A stretch of 19,016 bases of DNA from Candidatus Eiseniibacteriota bacterium (GTDB taxonomy: Bacteria; ARS69): NCBI GenBank assembly GCA_052390515.1, contig JBQTGV010000075.1, positions 1-19,016 of the forward strand. Direction: 5' to 3'. The translations under genes and the position numbers were made by a program. The notes below the pieces were generated by a model. It was not told the origin of the DNA. It saw only the letters and a list, made by a program, of their open reading frames with translations, and did no database searches. Numbering within the stretch: the stretch's first letter is position 1; each line of letters begins with the position of its first letter. Below are positions 1 to 7,795 of the stretch, one piece after another.

Positions 1-726
1 GTCGCGCCCATCGCCGAGGGCACGAACATGAACGAGCTGGCGTACTTCGGGATCGAGTCCACGTTCGGGTTCCACGACAACGAGCTGCGCTGGTACCGGG
101 AGCTGCGCGAGGCGCCCGAGAGCGAGAACCTGCTGGCCGTGGGGGAGCAGGGGTATCCGTTCCTCCGCCTGCTGAACGTGAAGTACGTGCTGCACGACCT
201 GCCCGGGTATCCGAACCCGCTGCCGGTTCCGGGCTGGCTGCCGCGCTTCCGGCTGGTCGAGCAGTACGAGGTCCTGGACGATCCGGCGAAGATGCCGGCG
301 CGCATCGCCGATCCCTCGTTCGATCCGGAGAGCGTGGTGCTGCTGGAGGAGTCTCCCGGGTACGAGAGCCCGCCGGCCGGGGCGGGTCCGCCAGGTCGCA
401 TCCCGCGTTACGAGTACCGCGGCAACGAGATCCGGGTGGAGGTGGAGGTGGATCGGCCGTGCTTGCTGGTGCACGCCGAGAACTGGTTCCCCTACTGGAC
501 CGCCCACGTCGACGATGGCGAGGCGCGCCTGCTGCGAGCGTACGGCGTGATTCGCGCCGTGCCGGTTCCGCCCGGACGGCACGTGGTCGAGCTGCGCTTC
601 CGGTCGGGTCCGTTCGAGGTGGGACGGATCGTCACGTTCGCTACCATGGCGGCCGTCTGCTTGGCGTTCGTCGTTGCCAAGGTGCGCGCTTCGCGGTCCG
701 GCCGCGGCGAGGAGGCAGCCGATTGA
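1..726 (+). CDS. YfhO-family (GT-C-type) membrane protein, C-terminal part; 5'-truncated by the window edge
   Basis: Frame is open from base 1 to TGA 724-726. Motifs typical of the YfhO C-terminal region: LRLLNVKYVL, LPRFRLV, NEIRVEVEVDRPCLLVHAENWFPYWTAHVD, RAVPVPPGRHVVELRF, followed by one C-terminal TM helix (IVTFATMAAVCLAFVVA). Confidence 0.75.
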   Translation, partial: VAPIAEGTNMNELAYFGIESTFGFHDNELRWYRELREAPESENLLAVGEQGYPFLRLLNVKYVLHDLPGYPNPLPVPGWLPRFRLVEQYEVLDDPAKMPARIADPSFDPESVVLLEESPGYESPPAGAGPPGRIPRYEYRGNEIRVEVEVDRPCLLVHAENWFPYWTAHVDDGEARLLRAYGVIRAVPVPPGRHVVELRFRSGPFEVGRIVTFATMAAVCLAFVVAKVRASRSGRGEEAAD

Positions 727-1661
727 AGCGTCGGACCACCGCGCCCCTCCACGGGCGTACCGGCCGGGTGCTGCACGCGGCCGGCATCCTGATCGCTCTG
801 GGGTTCCTGCTCTGGACCGTGCGATCCGCCTGGGTCGAGTTGAGCGAGAACTCCGTCTCCGTGGCACTTCCGAACGTACTCGTGTCGCTCGGGATGCTCT
901 GCATCGGGTATCTTGGCTTCGTCGCGTTGTGGCGGGAGGTGCTGGCGACCCTCGGCGCGCGCGTCAAATACATACCTACGCTACAGTTGTGGACCCTGTC
1001 GAACCTGGGCCGCTACCTGCCCGGGAAGATCTGGGCGATCGCCGGAGTCGCGGCGGCGGCACGAGCTGTCGGCATCAGTCCCGGCCTCGGTGCAACCGGT
1101 GCCGTCCTGGCCCTCGCGCTGTCTATCGGTACCGGAGCGCTCGTGAGCGTCGTTCTCCTTCCGGAGATCCTCGGGCAGCTCGGCGCGACCGTGCTCCTCC
1201 TGGTCGCGCTGACCGGCGCCGTCCTCGGCCCGGTGGCTGCTCCTGGCCTGCTGGCGCGGGCCCTTCGCGTGCTCCCGGCATCCTGGGGGTGCTCAGAGCT
1301 CCCGCCTATCGGGCGCCTTCGAATGCTCCGGCTGGGGGCGCTCTTCTGTGGCGGGTGGGCCGTTCACGGGGTCGCGTTCTCCGTCTTCGCCTCCGCGTTC
1401 GGCCCGGTGCTCTGGCACCAGGCTGCGAAGCTCACCGGAATCTACGCGCTCGCCTACGTGGCCGGCTTGCTCGCCTTCTTCGCGCCGGGCGGGATCGGGG
1501 TGCGCGAGGGCGTGCTGAGCAAGCTCCTGCTGCTCGGCGGTTTCGATGCACTTCCGGTAAACACTCTCTCGGTCGCGACACGCTTGTGGGCCATCTCGGC
1601 GGAGCTCCTCGTCCTGGTTGCGGCGCTCGTGAGCAGGCTGCGGGCACGGGTCGTAACGTGA
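723..1661 (+). CDS. Lysylphosphatidylglycerol-synthase TM domain / UPF0104 flippase-like membrane protein (~312 aa)
   Basis: TTG at 723 overlaps the upstream stop (TTGA) and follows GAGGAGG at 709-715; GTG 768 is an alternative start. About 8 hydrophobic segments; family motifs SNLGRYLPGKIW and APGGIGVREG. Confidence 0.8.
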   Translation: MKRRTTAPLHGRTGRVLHAAGILIALGFLLWTVRSAWVELSENSVSVALPNVLVSLGMLCIGYLGFVALWREVLATLGARVKYIPTLQLWTLSNLGRYLPGKIWAIAGVAAAARAVGISPGLGATGAVLALALSIGTGALVSVVLLPEILGQLGATVLLLVALTGAVLGPVAAPGLLARALRVLPASWGCSELPPIGRLRMLRLGALFCGGWAVHGVAFSVFASAFGPVLWHQAAKLTGIYALAYVAGLLAFFAPGGIGVREGVLSKLLLLGGFDALPVNTLSVATRLWAISAELLVLVAALVSRLRARVVT

Positions 1662-3091
1662 TTCGCCTGGAGATCCCACGGGATCCGGAGGTGGCGTACG
1701 GACTGGGGATCCTCGTGGATCTCTCTCGCTTGCTGCGCGTGGCTGAGACGGAGGTCGGGTCCGCGGGGCCGTCGGTCGTCCGCTTCGAGCTTCGCGATGT
1801 GCCGCGAGCCGAGCTGATCGACCAGGGCACGCTCATCGTGCAGTCGGGCGTCGTCGGGATTCCCATCGCTGCCGTCCGCGCGGCGGCCCGGATCGCTGGC
1901 GCTGCGGCGGAGCAGGGCAGCCTGGCGCGCGACCGACACGGCCGCGTCCCTTCGCAGGAGAACGAGCTTGTGAAGGCCGGGATTGAGGGCCAGACGGTTC
2001 TCGCTCGGTGGGCGCGGGACCTCCGCCTCGCCGCGGGGAGGGCCGTGCCGGGAGTGTCGCTCTGGTGCGTTCCGCCCTGGCCGGAGGGGCGCCGCTGGGC
2101 GGCCGCGATCACGCACGACCTCGATGTCGTCACGGGCTGGCCGGCCCTGACGGTCCTGCGGGTGGCCGAGCTGGTGAAGGGAAAGCACATACGGCTCGCC
2201 GCGCGCGCTCTCGACGCGGGCATGCGCGCCCTCTTCTCGGCTCCGGTCCACGCCACGGTGGATCACCTGCTGCACGTGGAGGGCAGCGCCGGCGCGGTCG
2301 CCACCTGGTTCATCCTGTGCGGGGATCCCGATCTCGGCTCCATGATCGCCAAGGACCTCACGTACCGCATCGACGCGAAACCGGTGACCCACCTCCTGTC
2401 CCGGCTCCGGGAACAGGGTGCTGAAATCGGCCTGCACGGGAGCTTCGCGACAGCTCGGGACGGCGCGGCCTTGCGGGCGCAGAAGGAGCGGCTGCAGGAT
2501 GCGATCGAGGGGTCCGTGCGTGGGGTACGCCAGCACTTCTTGCGAATGCGGCTACCGGAGACGCTTCGCGACATGGAGTCGGCGGGCTTCGATTGGGACT
2601 CCACGTTTGGCTTTCCGGATCGTGCGGGCTTCCGCCTCGGTGCCGGGGACGTCCTGAGACTGTGGGACGCGCGGGAGCGCACGGCTCTTCGGCTGGACGA
2701 AGTGCCGTTCGCGTGGATGGACCGCTCCGCATCCAAATACTCCGGAGTGGAGAACCCGGCGGAGTGGCTTCGCGCCGCGCACACGTCGGCCGACACGGTC
2801 CGTGACAGCGAGGGCGCGTGGGTGGGGATCTGGCATCCCTACCTGTCGGACGCGCTGGGTTACCCGGGCGCGTCGTTGGCCTTCGAGGAGCTCGTGGCTT
2901 GGCTCTCGGCAAAGAAGCCCTGGTTCGCGACAATGTCCCAGATCGTGGACTGGCGACGCGAACGGCGGGCGCTGCGAGCGCTCCCGAGCGGCTCGGCGGT
3001 GCCGCGCGTGCTGGGTGCTTTTGCGCGGCGGCTATGCCTCGAGAGCACGAGCGGGGAGACCTCCGTTGCGCAGGTGGAGGCCTTCCCGTAG
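1658..3091 (+). CDS. Polysaccharide deacetylase (CE4/NodB-like) family protein with N-terminal extension (~477 aa)
   Basis: GTG 1658 overlaps the upstream stop (GTGA). Motifs AAITHDLDV, ATWFIL, EIGLHGS, GVRQHFLR, GFDWDSTFG..GFRLG, EVPFAWMD, GIWHP, as in glycan-cluster CE4 proteins. Confidence 0.8.
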   Translation: MIRLEIPRDPEVAYGLGILVDLSRLLRVAETEVGSAGPSVVRFELRDVPRAELIDQGTLIVQSGVVGIPIAAVRAAARIAGAAAEQGSLARDRHGRVPSQENELVKAGIEGQTVLARWARDLRLAAGRAVPGVSLWCVPPWPEGRRWAAAITHDLDVVTGWPALTVLRVAELVKGKHIRLAARALDAGMRALFSAPVHATVDHLLHVEGSAGAVATWFILCGDPDLGSMIAKDLTYRIDAKPVTHLLSRLREQGAEIGLHGSFATARDGAALRAQKERLQDAIEGSVRGVRQHFLRMRLPETLRDMESAGFDWDSTFGFPDRAGFRLGAGDVLRLWDARERTALRLDEVPFAWMDRSASKYSGVENPAEWLRAAHTSADTVRDSEGAWVGIWHPYLSDALGYPGASLAFEELVAWLSAKKPWFATMSQIVDWRRERRALRALPSGSAVPRVLGAFARRLCLESTSGETSVAQVEAFP

Positions 3092-3139
3092 ATTCGATGG
3101 GCTCGCGGGGAACTCGCGAGAACCGGGAGAGTCGTGCGC

Positions 3140-4198
3140 ATGGCCACAACCCTGGTGCCTCACCAGCGGATCCCTCTCGGCCATCTGCTCGTCTTCGGAT
3201 GGATGCCGAGCCCCCTGAAGAAGTGGGCATACCGCGTGTTCCGCGGGTATCACATCGGGCGGTCGGTGAAGCTGTCCTTCGGCAGTATCGTCGAAGGCCG
3301 GAGTGTGGACCTAGGGGACCACGTGGAGATCGGCCTGCTGGCGATGGTCATCGGGCGCGAGATCCGGATCGGAAGGCACTCCAGCATCGGGATGCTCAGC
3401 TACGTGTCGTGTCGGCGGATCGAGATCGGAGAGGACGCGAGGATCCGGGAGCAGGTGAGCATCGGCGGCCCGGAGCTTCCCGAGTCCCGGTTCGTTCTCG
3501 GAGACCGTACCGTGGTCCTTCAGCACACCGCGATCAACCCGACCATGCCCGTCACGATCGGCGACGACTCCGGGATCGGGGGTCACTGCCTCATCTTCAC
3601 CCATGGAGCTTGGCTCAATGTCCTGGACGGATATCCCGTGACGTACGAGCCCGTGACCATCGGGCGAAGCGTCTGGCTGCCGTGGCGCGTGTTCGTGATG
3701 CCCGGCGCGACGATCGGGGACGGGTCGGTGATCGGGGCGAACTCGCTGGTCAGCGGGACGATTCCACCGATGTCGCTGGCGGTGGGCTCGCCGGCGCGAG
3801 TGATCCGGCGCGCACCGGAGTTTCCCCGGGTGCCGACCGAAGCCGGCCGCCGGGAGCTCCTGGGCGAGATCATCCGTGAGTTCATCAGGTTCGTCGAAGG
3901 CGAGGGAGTCCAGGTCCAGACGGAGGGGAGTGTCGTGACGTTCGCGCGTTCCGGACGAACCCATCGACTCCACGTCGGCCACGACAGGGATGCGATCGCC
4001 GGTGCCGTACGGGGGGACACCGTTCTTGCGGACATCGCGAATGTAGACGTGACTTCTGACCTGACCCAGCAGGGGATCGACTGGCTGGACCTCCGCGCGC
4101 GGGCTCGGTCAGAGAACGGCGGTCCGCTGACGGAGGAGCTGGCGGCCTTCCTCGGGAGATACGGCATCCGCCTCGCGCGTGCTCGGCAAAGCGCTTAG
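3140..4198 (+). CDS. Hexapeptide-repeat (left-handed beta-helix) acyltransferase with extra C-terminal domain (~352 aa)
   Basis: ATG 3140 follows GGAGA at 3126-3130 (GTG 3134 is an alternative). Many [IV]-x-IG-x-x repeats (VTIGDDSGIG, VTIGRSVWL, ATIGDGSVIGANSLV), IFTH motif, and AVGSPARVIR ending the LbH domain. Confidence 0.85.
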   Translation: MATTLVPHQRIPLGHLLVFGWMPSPLKKWAYRVFRGYHIGRSVKLSFGSIVEGRSVDLGDHVEIGLLAMVIGREIRIGRHSSIGMLSYVSCRRIEIGEDARIREQVSIGGPELPESRFVLGDRTVVLQHTAINPTMPVTIGDDSGIGGHCLIFTHGAWLNVLDGYPVTYEPVTIGRSVWLPWRVFVMPGATIGDGSVIGANSLVSGTIPPMSLAVGSPARVIRRAPEFPRVPTEAGRRELLGEIIREFIRFVEGEGVQVQTEGSVVTFARSGRTHRLHVGHDRDAIAGAVRGDTVLADIANVDVTSDLTQQGIDWLDLRARARSENGGPLTEELAAFLGRYGIRLARARQSA

Positions 4199-5433
4199 CG
4201 AGCCTGCGCCAAGGTGTCTCCGATCGTCTGGCGGTAGGATCGAGCGAGCTGGTCGGCGAGCGGCCCAGCGGTTCTCAGCAGCGCGCGCTGGCGCGCGTTG
4301 GCGCCGAGGCGCTGCACCTCAGTGGCATCCCCGGCCAGACGCCCCATGGCTTGACCGAGTGCTACGTGGTCCCCCGGTTGCACCAGGATCCCCGTTTCGC
4401 CGTCGGTGACGAAATCGGTGATGGCGCCCGAGCGCACCCCGATCGCGGGTCGCTGGCAGAGCGCGGCCTCGACCAGCACCAAGCCGTACCCCTCGTCACG
4501 GGAGGTGAGCACGACCGCTCTCGCTCCACGGAACAACTCGGCGAGCCGCGGCTGCGGCACGAAGCCATGGAAGACGACTTGCTCGGAGAGCTGCTGCTGA
4601 CTGACGAGATCGACCAGCTCGGCCCGCTTCTCGCCTTCACCGACCAAGTGCAGTGTGGCCATCGTGCCATGGTCGCGCGCCCAACGGAGCGCACGAAGGG
4701 CCACGTCGATTCTCTTCTGTCCGACCAGACGAGCAGGGACCACGAATGAGGGCGGCGCCGCTGGATCGAGGGGCCCCGGGGCGAAGGTCGCCTCGTCCGC
4801 CGGCATCGGGAGGATCTCGCACCTCCGCGGTGCAAGCCGCAGCCGAGTCAGCTCCCGAGCGATCGAGTTCGATACAGGCAGTACCCGGTTGGCGCCCGCA
4901 ATTACCCAGCGAGCCGCGGGCCAGGGCACGAGGCTCCGCGATAGAAGGCGAACGTCTGTGCCGTGCAGAGACACGCAATAGTCGACCCCGGTCAGGAAGG
5001 AGGCACGCAGCGCGAGACCAGCGGGGAACCACCAGTGACAGTGGGTAAGCTGGGGAGCGAAGGCGCGCGCCTCGCGGGCGACGGCACGTCGCATCGCGAG
5101 GAGGAAGCGCGAGAACAAGATAGGCCGCCGAATCGCCACACGATGCATCTCGCCCGTGTAGGCAAGAGAGACTTCCTCGTAAGCCGGATAGTGAAACCTG
5201 CGCACCTGGACTCCATCAAGCTCTGCCTCGTCCGCCGCACCCGCAGCCCCCGGAGCAACGACACGGAGCTGGAACCCCCGGCGGGGGAGCTCGCGCGCCA
5301 AGCGGTGCAGGAAGAGTCCCTGGAGGTCGGAGGGATCTCGGGGGTAGACGTGCGTAACCCAGAGGACCCGCGGGAAGCAGGCGTCAGGAGACTCAAGTCC
5401 AGGAGCGGCCATTTCCGTCCACGCAAGCGGCAT
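4195..5433 (-). CDS. Glycosyltransferase family 4 (GT-B fold)
   Basis: RVLWVTHVYP, THCHWWFPAG, SLHGTDV, ARLVGQKRID, EGYGLVLVEAALCQRPAIG (E-x7-E), GETGILV. Start is uncertain: TTG 5466, ATG 5433 or ATG 5412. Confidence 0.88.
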   Translation of the reverse strand: MPLAWTEMAAPGLESPDACFPRVLWVTHVYPRDPSDLQGLFLHRLARELPRRGFQLRVVAPGAAGAADEAELDGVQVRRFHYPAYEEVSLAYTGEMHRVAIRRPILFSRFLLAMRRAVAREARAFAPQLTHCHWWFPAGLALRASFLTGVDYCVSLHGTDVRLLSRSLVPWPAARWVIAGANRVLPVSNSIARELTRLRLAPRRCEILPMPADEATFAPGPLDPAAPPSFVVPARLVGQKRIDVALRALRWARDHGTMATLHLVGEGEKRAELVDLVSQQQLSEQVVFHGFVPQPRLAELFRGARAVVLTSRDEGYGLVLVEAALCQRPAIGVRSGAITDFVTDGETGILVQPGDHVALGQAMGRLAGDATEVQRLGANARQRALLRTAGPLADQLARSYRQTIGDTLAQAR

Positions 5434-5460
5434 GTCAGTCGAGCCTGCAACGCGTCCGCC

Positions 5461-5489
5461 AGACAATCGGATTCAGGCCAATGAGTCAA
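5461..5489 (-). promoter_or_regulatory. Possible sigma70-type promoter for the minus-strand GT4
   Basis: Minus strand reads TTGACT (5489-5484), 17 nt, TTGTCT (5466-5461). The -35 and spacing are good, but the -10 lacks the conserved A. Confidence 0.25.
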
Positions 5490-5547
5490 TCGCGATGATT
5501 TCACCCGCCGACCCACTGCGACGGTGACACGCTTCGTACGCACGGCA

Positions 5548-5577
5548 TTGATCCCGCCTGGAAGGCCCTGATAGTCT
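5548..5577 (+). promoter_or_regulatory. Putative sigma70-type promoter for beta-helix paralog 1
   Basis: TTGATC (5548-5553), 18 nt, TAGTCT (5572-5577), with an extended -10 TGn (TG at 5569-5570). Confidence 0.45.
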
Positions 5578-5640
5578 GTTGGAGCAGCTCGGTCACGTGG
5601 AGCCGCTGCGCGGCCCGGGTTGCTCTCTCGGAGGGTATCC

Positions 5641-6666
5641 ATGGTACGAGTCAGACGGACCAGAGTGCTGGGCGTAGCATTACTTGCCGTGGCTTCACCC
5701 GCACTGGGGCTCACCTGGAACGTCAATCCAGCGGGAACGGGTGATGCTCCGACGATCCAGGCGGCTTTCGATCTCGCCGCTCCAGGTGATCAGATCGTCC
5801 TCGCGCCCGGAACCTACGTCGACAGCCACACGAGGACGGTTCAGGGTCATTCGACACAGCAAACGACCGCGTCGACGGCTTTCATGAGTGCCGGAGTGAA
5901 CATCGTCAGCTCGAGCGGGGCGGAGGTGACGTTCATCGACGGTCAGGACGTTCGCCACGGCCTTCTCGGGACGGACCTGGGAAGCGTGACCATCAGCGGG
6001 ATCACGTTCAAGAACTGCGCGGGCAACGCCGGGGAGGGCTGGGGTGGGGGAATCATGCTCCATCGATCGGACCCCACCGTCGATCACTGCGTGTTCGTGG
6101 ATAGCTACGGATGGGCAGCTGGCGGTGTCTTCGTGTCGCAGGGCGCGAACGCGATCATCCGTTACAATAAGTTCATCCGCAACTCAGGAGGGGATCTCGC
6201 TGGTGCGCTGGAACTCTTCCAACATGGTGGCGTCGCCTACATCAGCAGCAACACGTTCGTCCACAATACGACGACCCGCTACGGCGGCGCGGTCATGATC
6301 AACGCATCGACGGCACAATTGTCGAACAACATCTATGCGTGGAACTCCGCCGATCTGAGTGGAGGTGCGGTGGCGTGCCTGAACTGGGCGACGGTGAGCG
6401 GCTCCTGCGATCTCTACTGGCAGAACACGGCGTCCACGGACCCGGATGTCTACGCTTGCTCGATCACGATCGGGCAGTTCGGCAACCTGTCGGCGGATCC
6501 GCTGTTCTGCGACGCACCTGGCGGAGCCTATACGATCCGCTCCGACTCGCCGGCGGCTCCTGATGCGGTCGGCAGCTGCGGGCTGCGTGGGGCGTGCCCG
6601 GTCGCGTGCGGGCCAGTTTCGATCACCGCCAGCTCGTGGGGGAGGATCAAGGCCCACTACCGGTGA
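5641..6666 (+). CDS. Secreted right-handed parallel beta-helix (pectin-lyase-like fold) protein with C-terminal SWGxIKxxYR tail, paralog 1 (341 aa)
   Basis: ATG 5641 follows GGAGG at 5630-5634. Sec-type signal peptide MVRVRRTRVLGVALLAVASPALG. N-cap TIQAAFDLAAPGDQIVLAPGTY; GGG/FxxN repeats (WGGGI, FIRNSGG, NTFVHN..GGAV, NNIYAWN..GGAV); ends ADPLFC...CGPVSITASSWGRIKAHYR*. Confidence 0.85.
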   Translation: MVRVRRTRVLGVALLAVASPALGLTWNVNPAGTGDAPTIQAAFDLAAPGDQIVLAPGTYVDSHTRTVQGHSTQQTTASTAFMSAGVNIVSSSGAEVTFIDGQDVRHGLLGTDLGSVTISGITFKNCAGNAGEGWGGGIMLHRSDPTVDHCVFVDSYGWAAGGVFVSQGANAIIRYNKFIRNSGGDLAGALELFQHGGVAYISSNTFVHNTTTRYGGAVMINASTAQLSNNIYAWNSADLSGGAVACLNWATVSGSCDLYWQNTASTDPDVYACSITIGQFGNLSADPLFCDAPGGAYTIRSDSPAAPDAVGSCGLRGACPVACGPVSITASSWGRIKAHYR

Positions 6667-6715
6667 CGGCAACCAACGCCACCCCGGGCGCCAGTCGGCG
6701 GCTCCAGAAACGGTG

Positions 6716-6749
6716 GGTGGGCGGGCACGACGAACCGTGCCCGCTCGCC
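6716..6749. terminator. GC-rich hairpin between the convergent paralogs; probable bidirectional terminator or 3'-end stabiliser
   Basis: GCGGGCACG (6721-6729) pairs perfectly with CGTGCCCGC (6736-6744) and extends to 14 bp with G-U pairs on the + strand; 6-nt loop. No clear U-tract on either side. Confidence 0.5.
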
Positions 6750-6757
6750 TCGATCGC

Positions 6758-7795
6758 CTAACGATATGCCCCCTTGATGGAACCCCAGGATCTTACGGCG
6801 ACGGGAACTGGTCCGCATCCGACACCGTTCGCGCGGAGAAGCCCGCAGCCGCTCGGATGTCCGGGTTCGGCCGGTGAGCCGGCCTGGATGGCGTAGAAGT
6901 CCGTCGACGGGTTGCAGAACTGGGGGTCGGCCGAGAGATTACCGTGCACGCCGATCGCGACGCCACAGGCGGAGATCTCCGGACCCGAGTTGCTCCAGAA
7001 CAGGTTGCACTGGCTGGTGACGGTGTGGGAGTTGAGGCAGCCCAATGCGCCACCCGTACCGGCAGTGTTCGATGCGAAGATGTTGTTGTTGAGGACGATG
7101 ACCGTGTTGTTGATCATCATCGCGCCGCCGCTGCGCACGGCATAGTTGTCGACGAACGTGTTGTTCGTGACCGAGGCGGACGCGGTCTCGAAAACCTCCA
7201 GCCCTCCCCCCAGGTCTCCCGCCGACCCACGCAGGCAGAGATTGCGAGTCACGATCGCGTTAGGCGCTCCCTGGATCAATGCGCCGCCACCACCGCCTCC
7301 CTTCGTGGCAACGCAGTCCACGAACCGATTGTCCTGGATCACGACACTGGAGCGGTAGGTGAGGACTCCACCGCCCCAGATCTCCGTGCCTCCACCGTTG
7401 CCGTTCGTTCTCCCGTTGATGAAGGAAATCCCGCTGATCTCGACGTTGCCAAGGTCGGCGCCGACGAGCCCGTGTCGCAGTCCTTCACCGTCGACAAACG
7501 TCAGTCCGGCTCCGCCGACGCTTGAAATGCTGACACCACTGCTCATGTGGGCGACAGCCGAAGTCGTGTTCGGAGCGGGGTTATAGGCCTGGATCAGTCG
7601 TGTGTTGTTGTCTTGGTAGGTGCCGGGCGCCAAGACGATACGATCGCCAGGCGAGGCCAGATCGTAGGCTTCTTGAATCGTCGCAGCGTCACCCGTTCCG
7701 GCCGGATTCACGTTCCAATCGACCGAGACAGCGGCGTGCGGCCAGAGTGTCACCACCGCGGTAGCAGCGAGCACCGTGTGTAGTCTGGAATGCAC
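6758..7795 (-). CDS. Secreted right-handed parallel beta-helix protein with C-terminal SWGxIKxxYR tail, paralog 2 (345 aa)
   Basis: GTG at 7795 follows AAGGAGG (7807-7801, 5-nt spacer). Signal peptide MHSRLHTVLAATAVVTLWPHAAVS; mature N-terminus WNVNPAGTGDAATIQEAYDLASPGDRIVLAPGTY nearly matches paralog 1; ends ADPQFC...CGPVPVAVRSWGSIKGAYR*. The ORF-track extension to 8812 is spurious. Confidence 0.85.
   Translation of the reverse strand: MHSRLHTVLAATAVVTLWPHAAVSVDWNVNPAGTGDAATIQEAYDLASPGDRIVLAPGTYQDNNTRLIQAYNPAPNTTSAVAHMSSGVSISSVGGAGLTFVDGEGLRHGLVGADLGNVEISGISFINGRTNGNGGGTEIWGGGVLTYRSSVVIQDNRFVDCVATKGGGGGGALIQGAPNAIVTRNLCLRGSAGDLGGGLEVFETASASVTNNTFVDNYAVRSGGAMMINNTVIVLNNNIFASNTAGTGGALGCLNSHTVTSQCNLFWSNSGPEISACGVAIGVHGNLSADPQFCNPSTDFYAIQAGSPAEPGHPSGCGLLRANGVGCGPVPVAVRSWGSIKGAYR

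Noticed and set aside
459-1657. N-terminal extensions of ORFs 459..1661 and 674..3091
   Set aside because: Arg/Pro/Gly-rich off-frame read-through overlapping real genes; starts at 723 and 1658 couple to the upstream stops.
5716-7717. Imperfect inverted repeat (5716-5760 vs 7717-7673) suggesting an invertible phase-variation segment
   Set aside because: Mismatches are spread mostly over synonymous positions (38/45 identity, no long perfect core) and no recombinase is in the window; paralogous coding similarity explains it.
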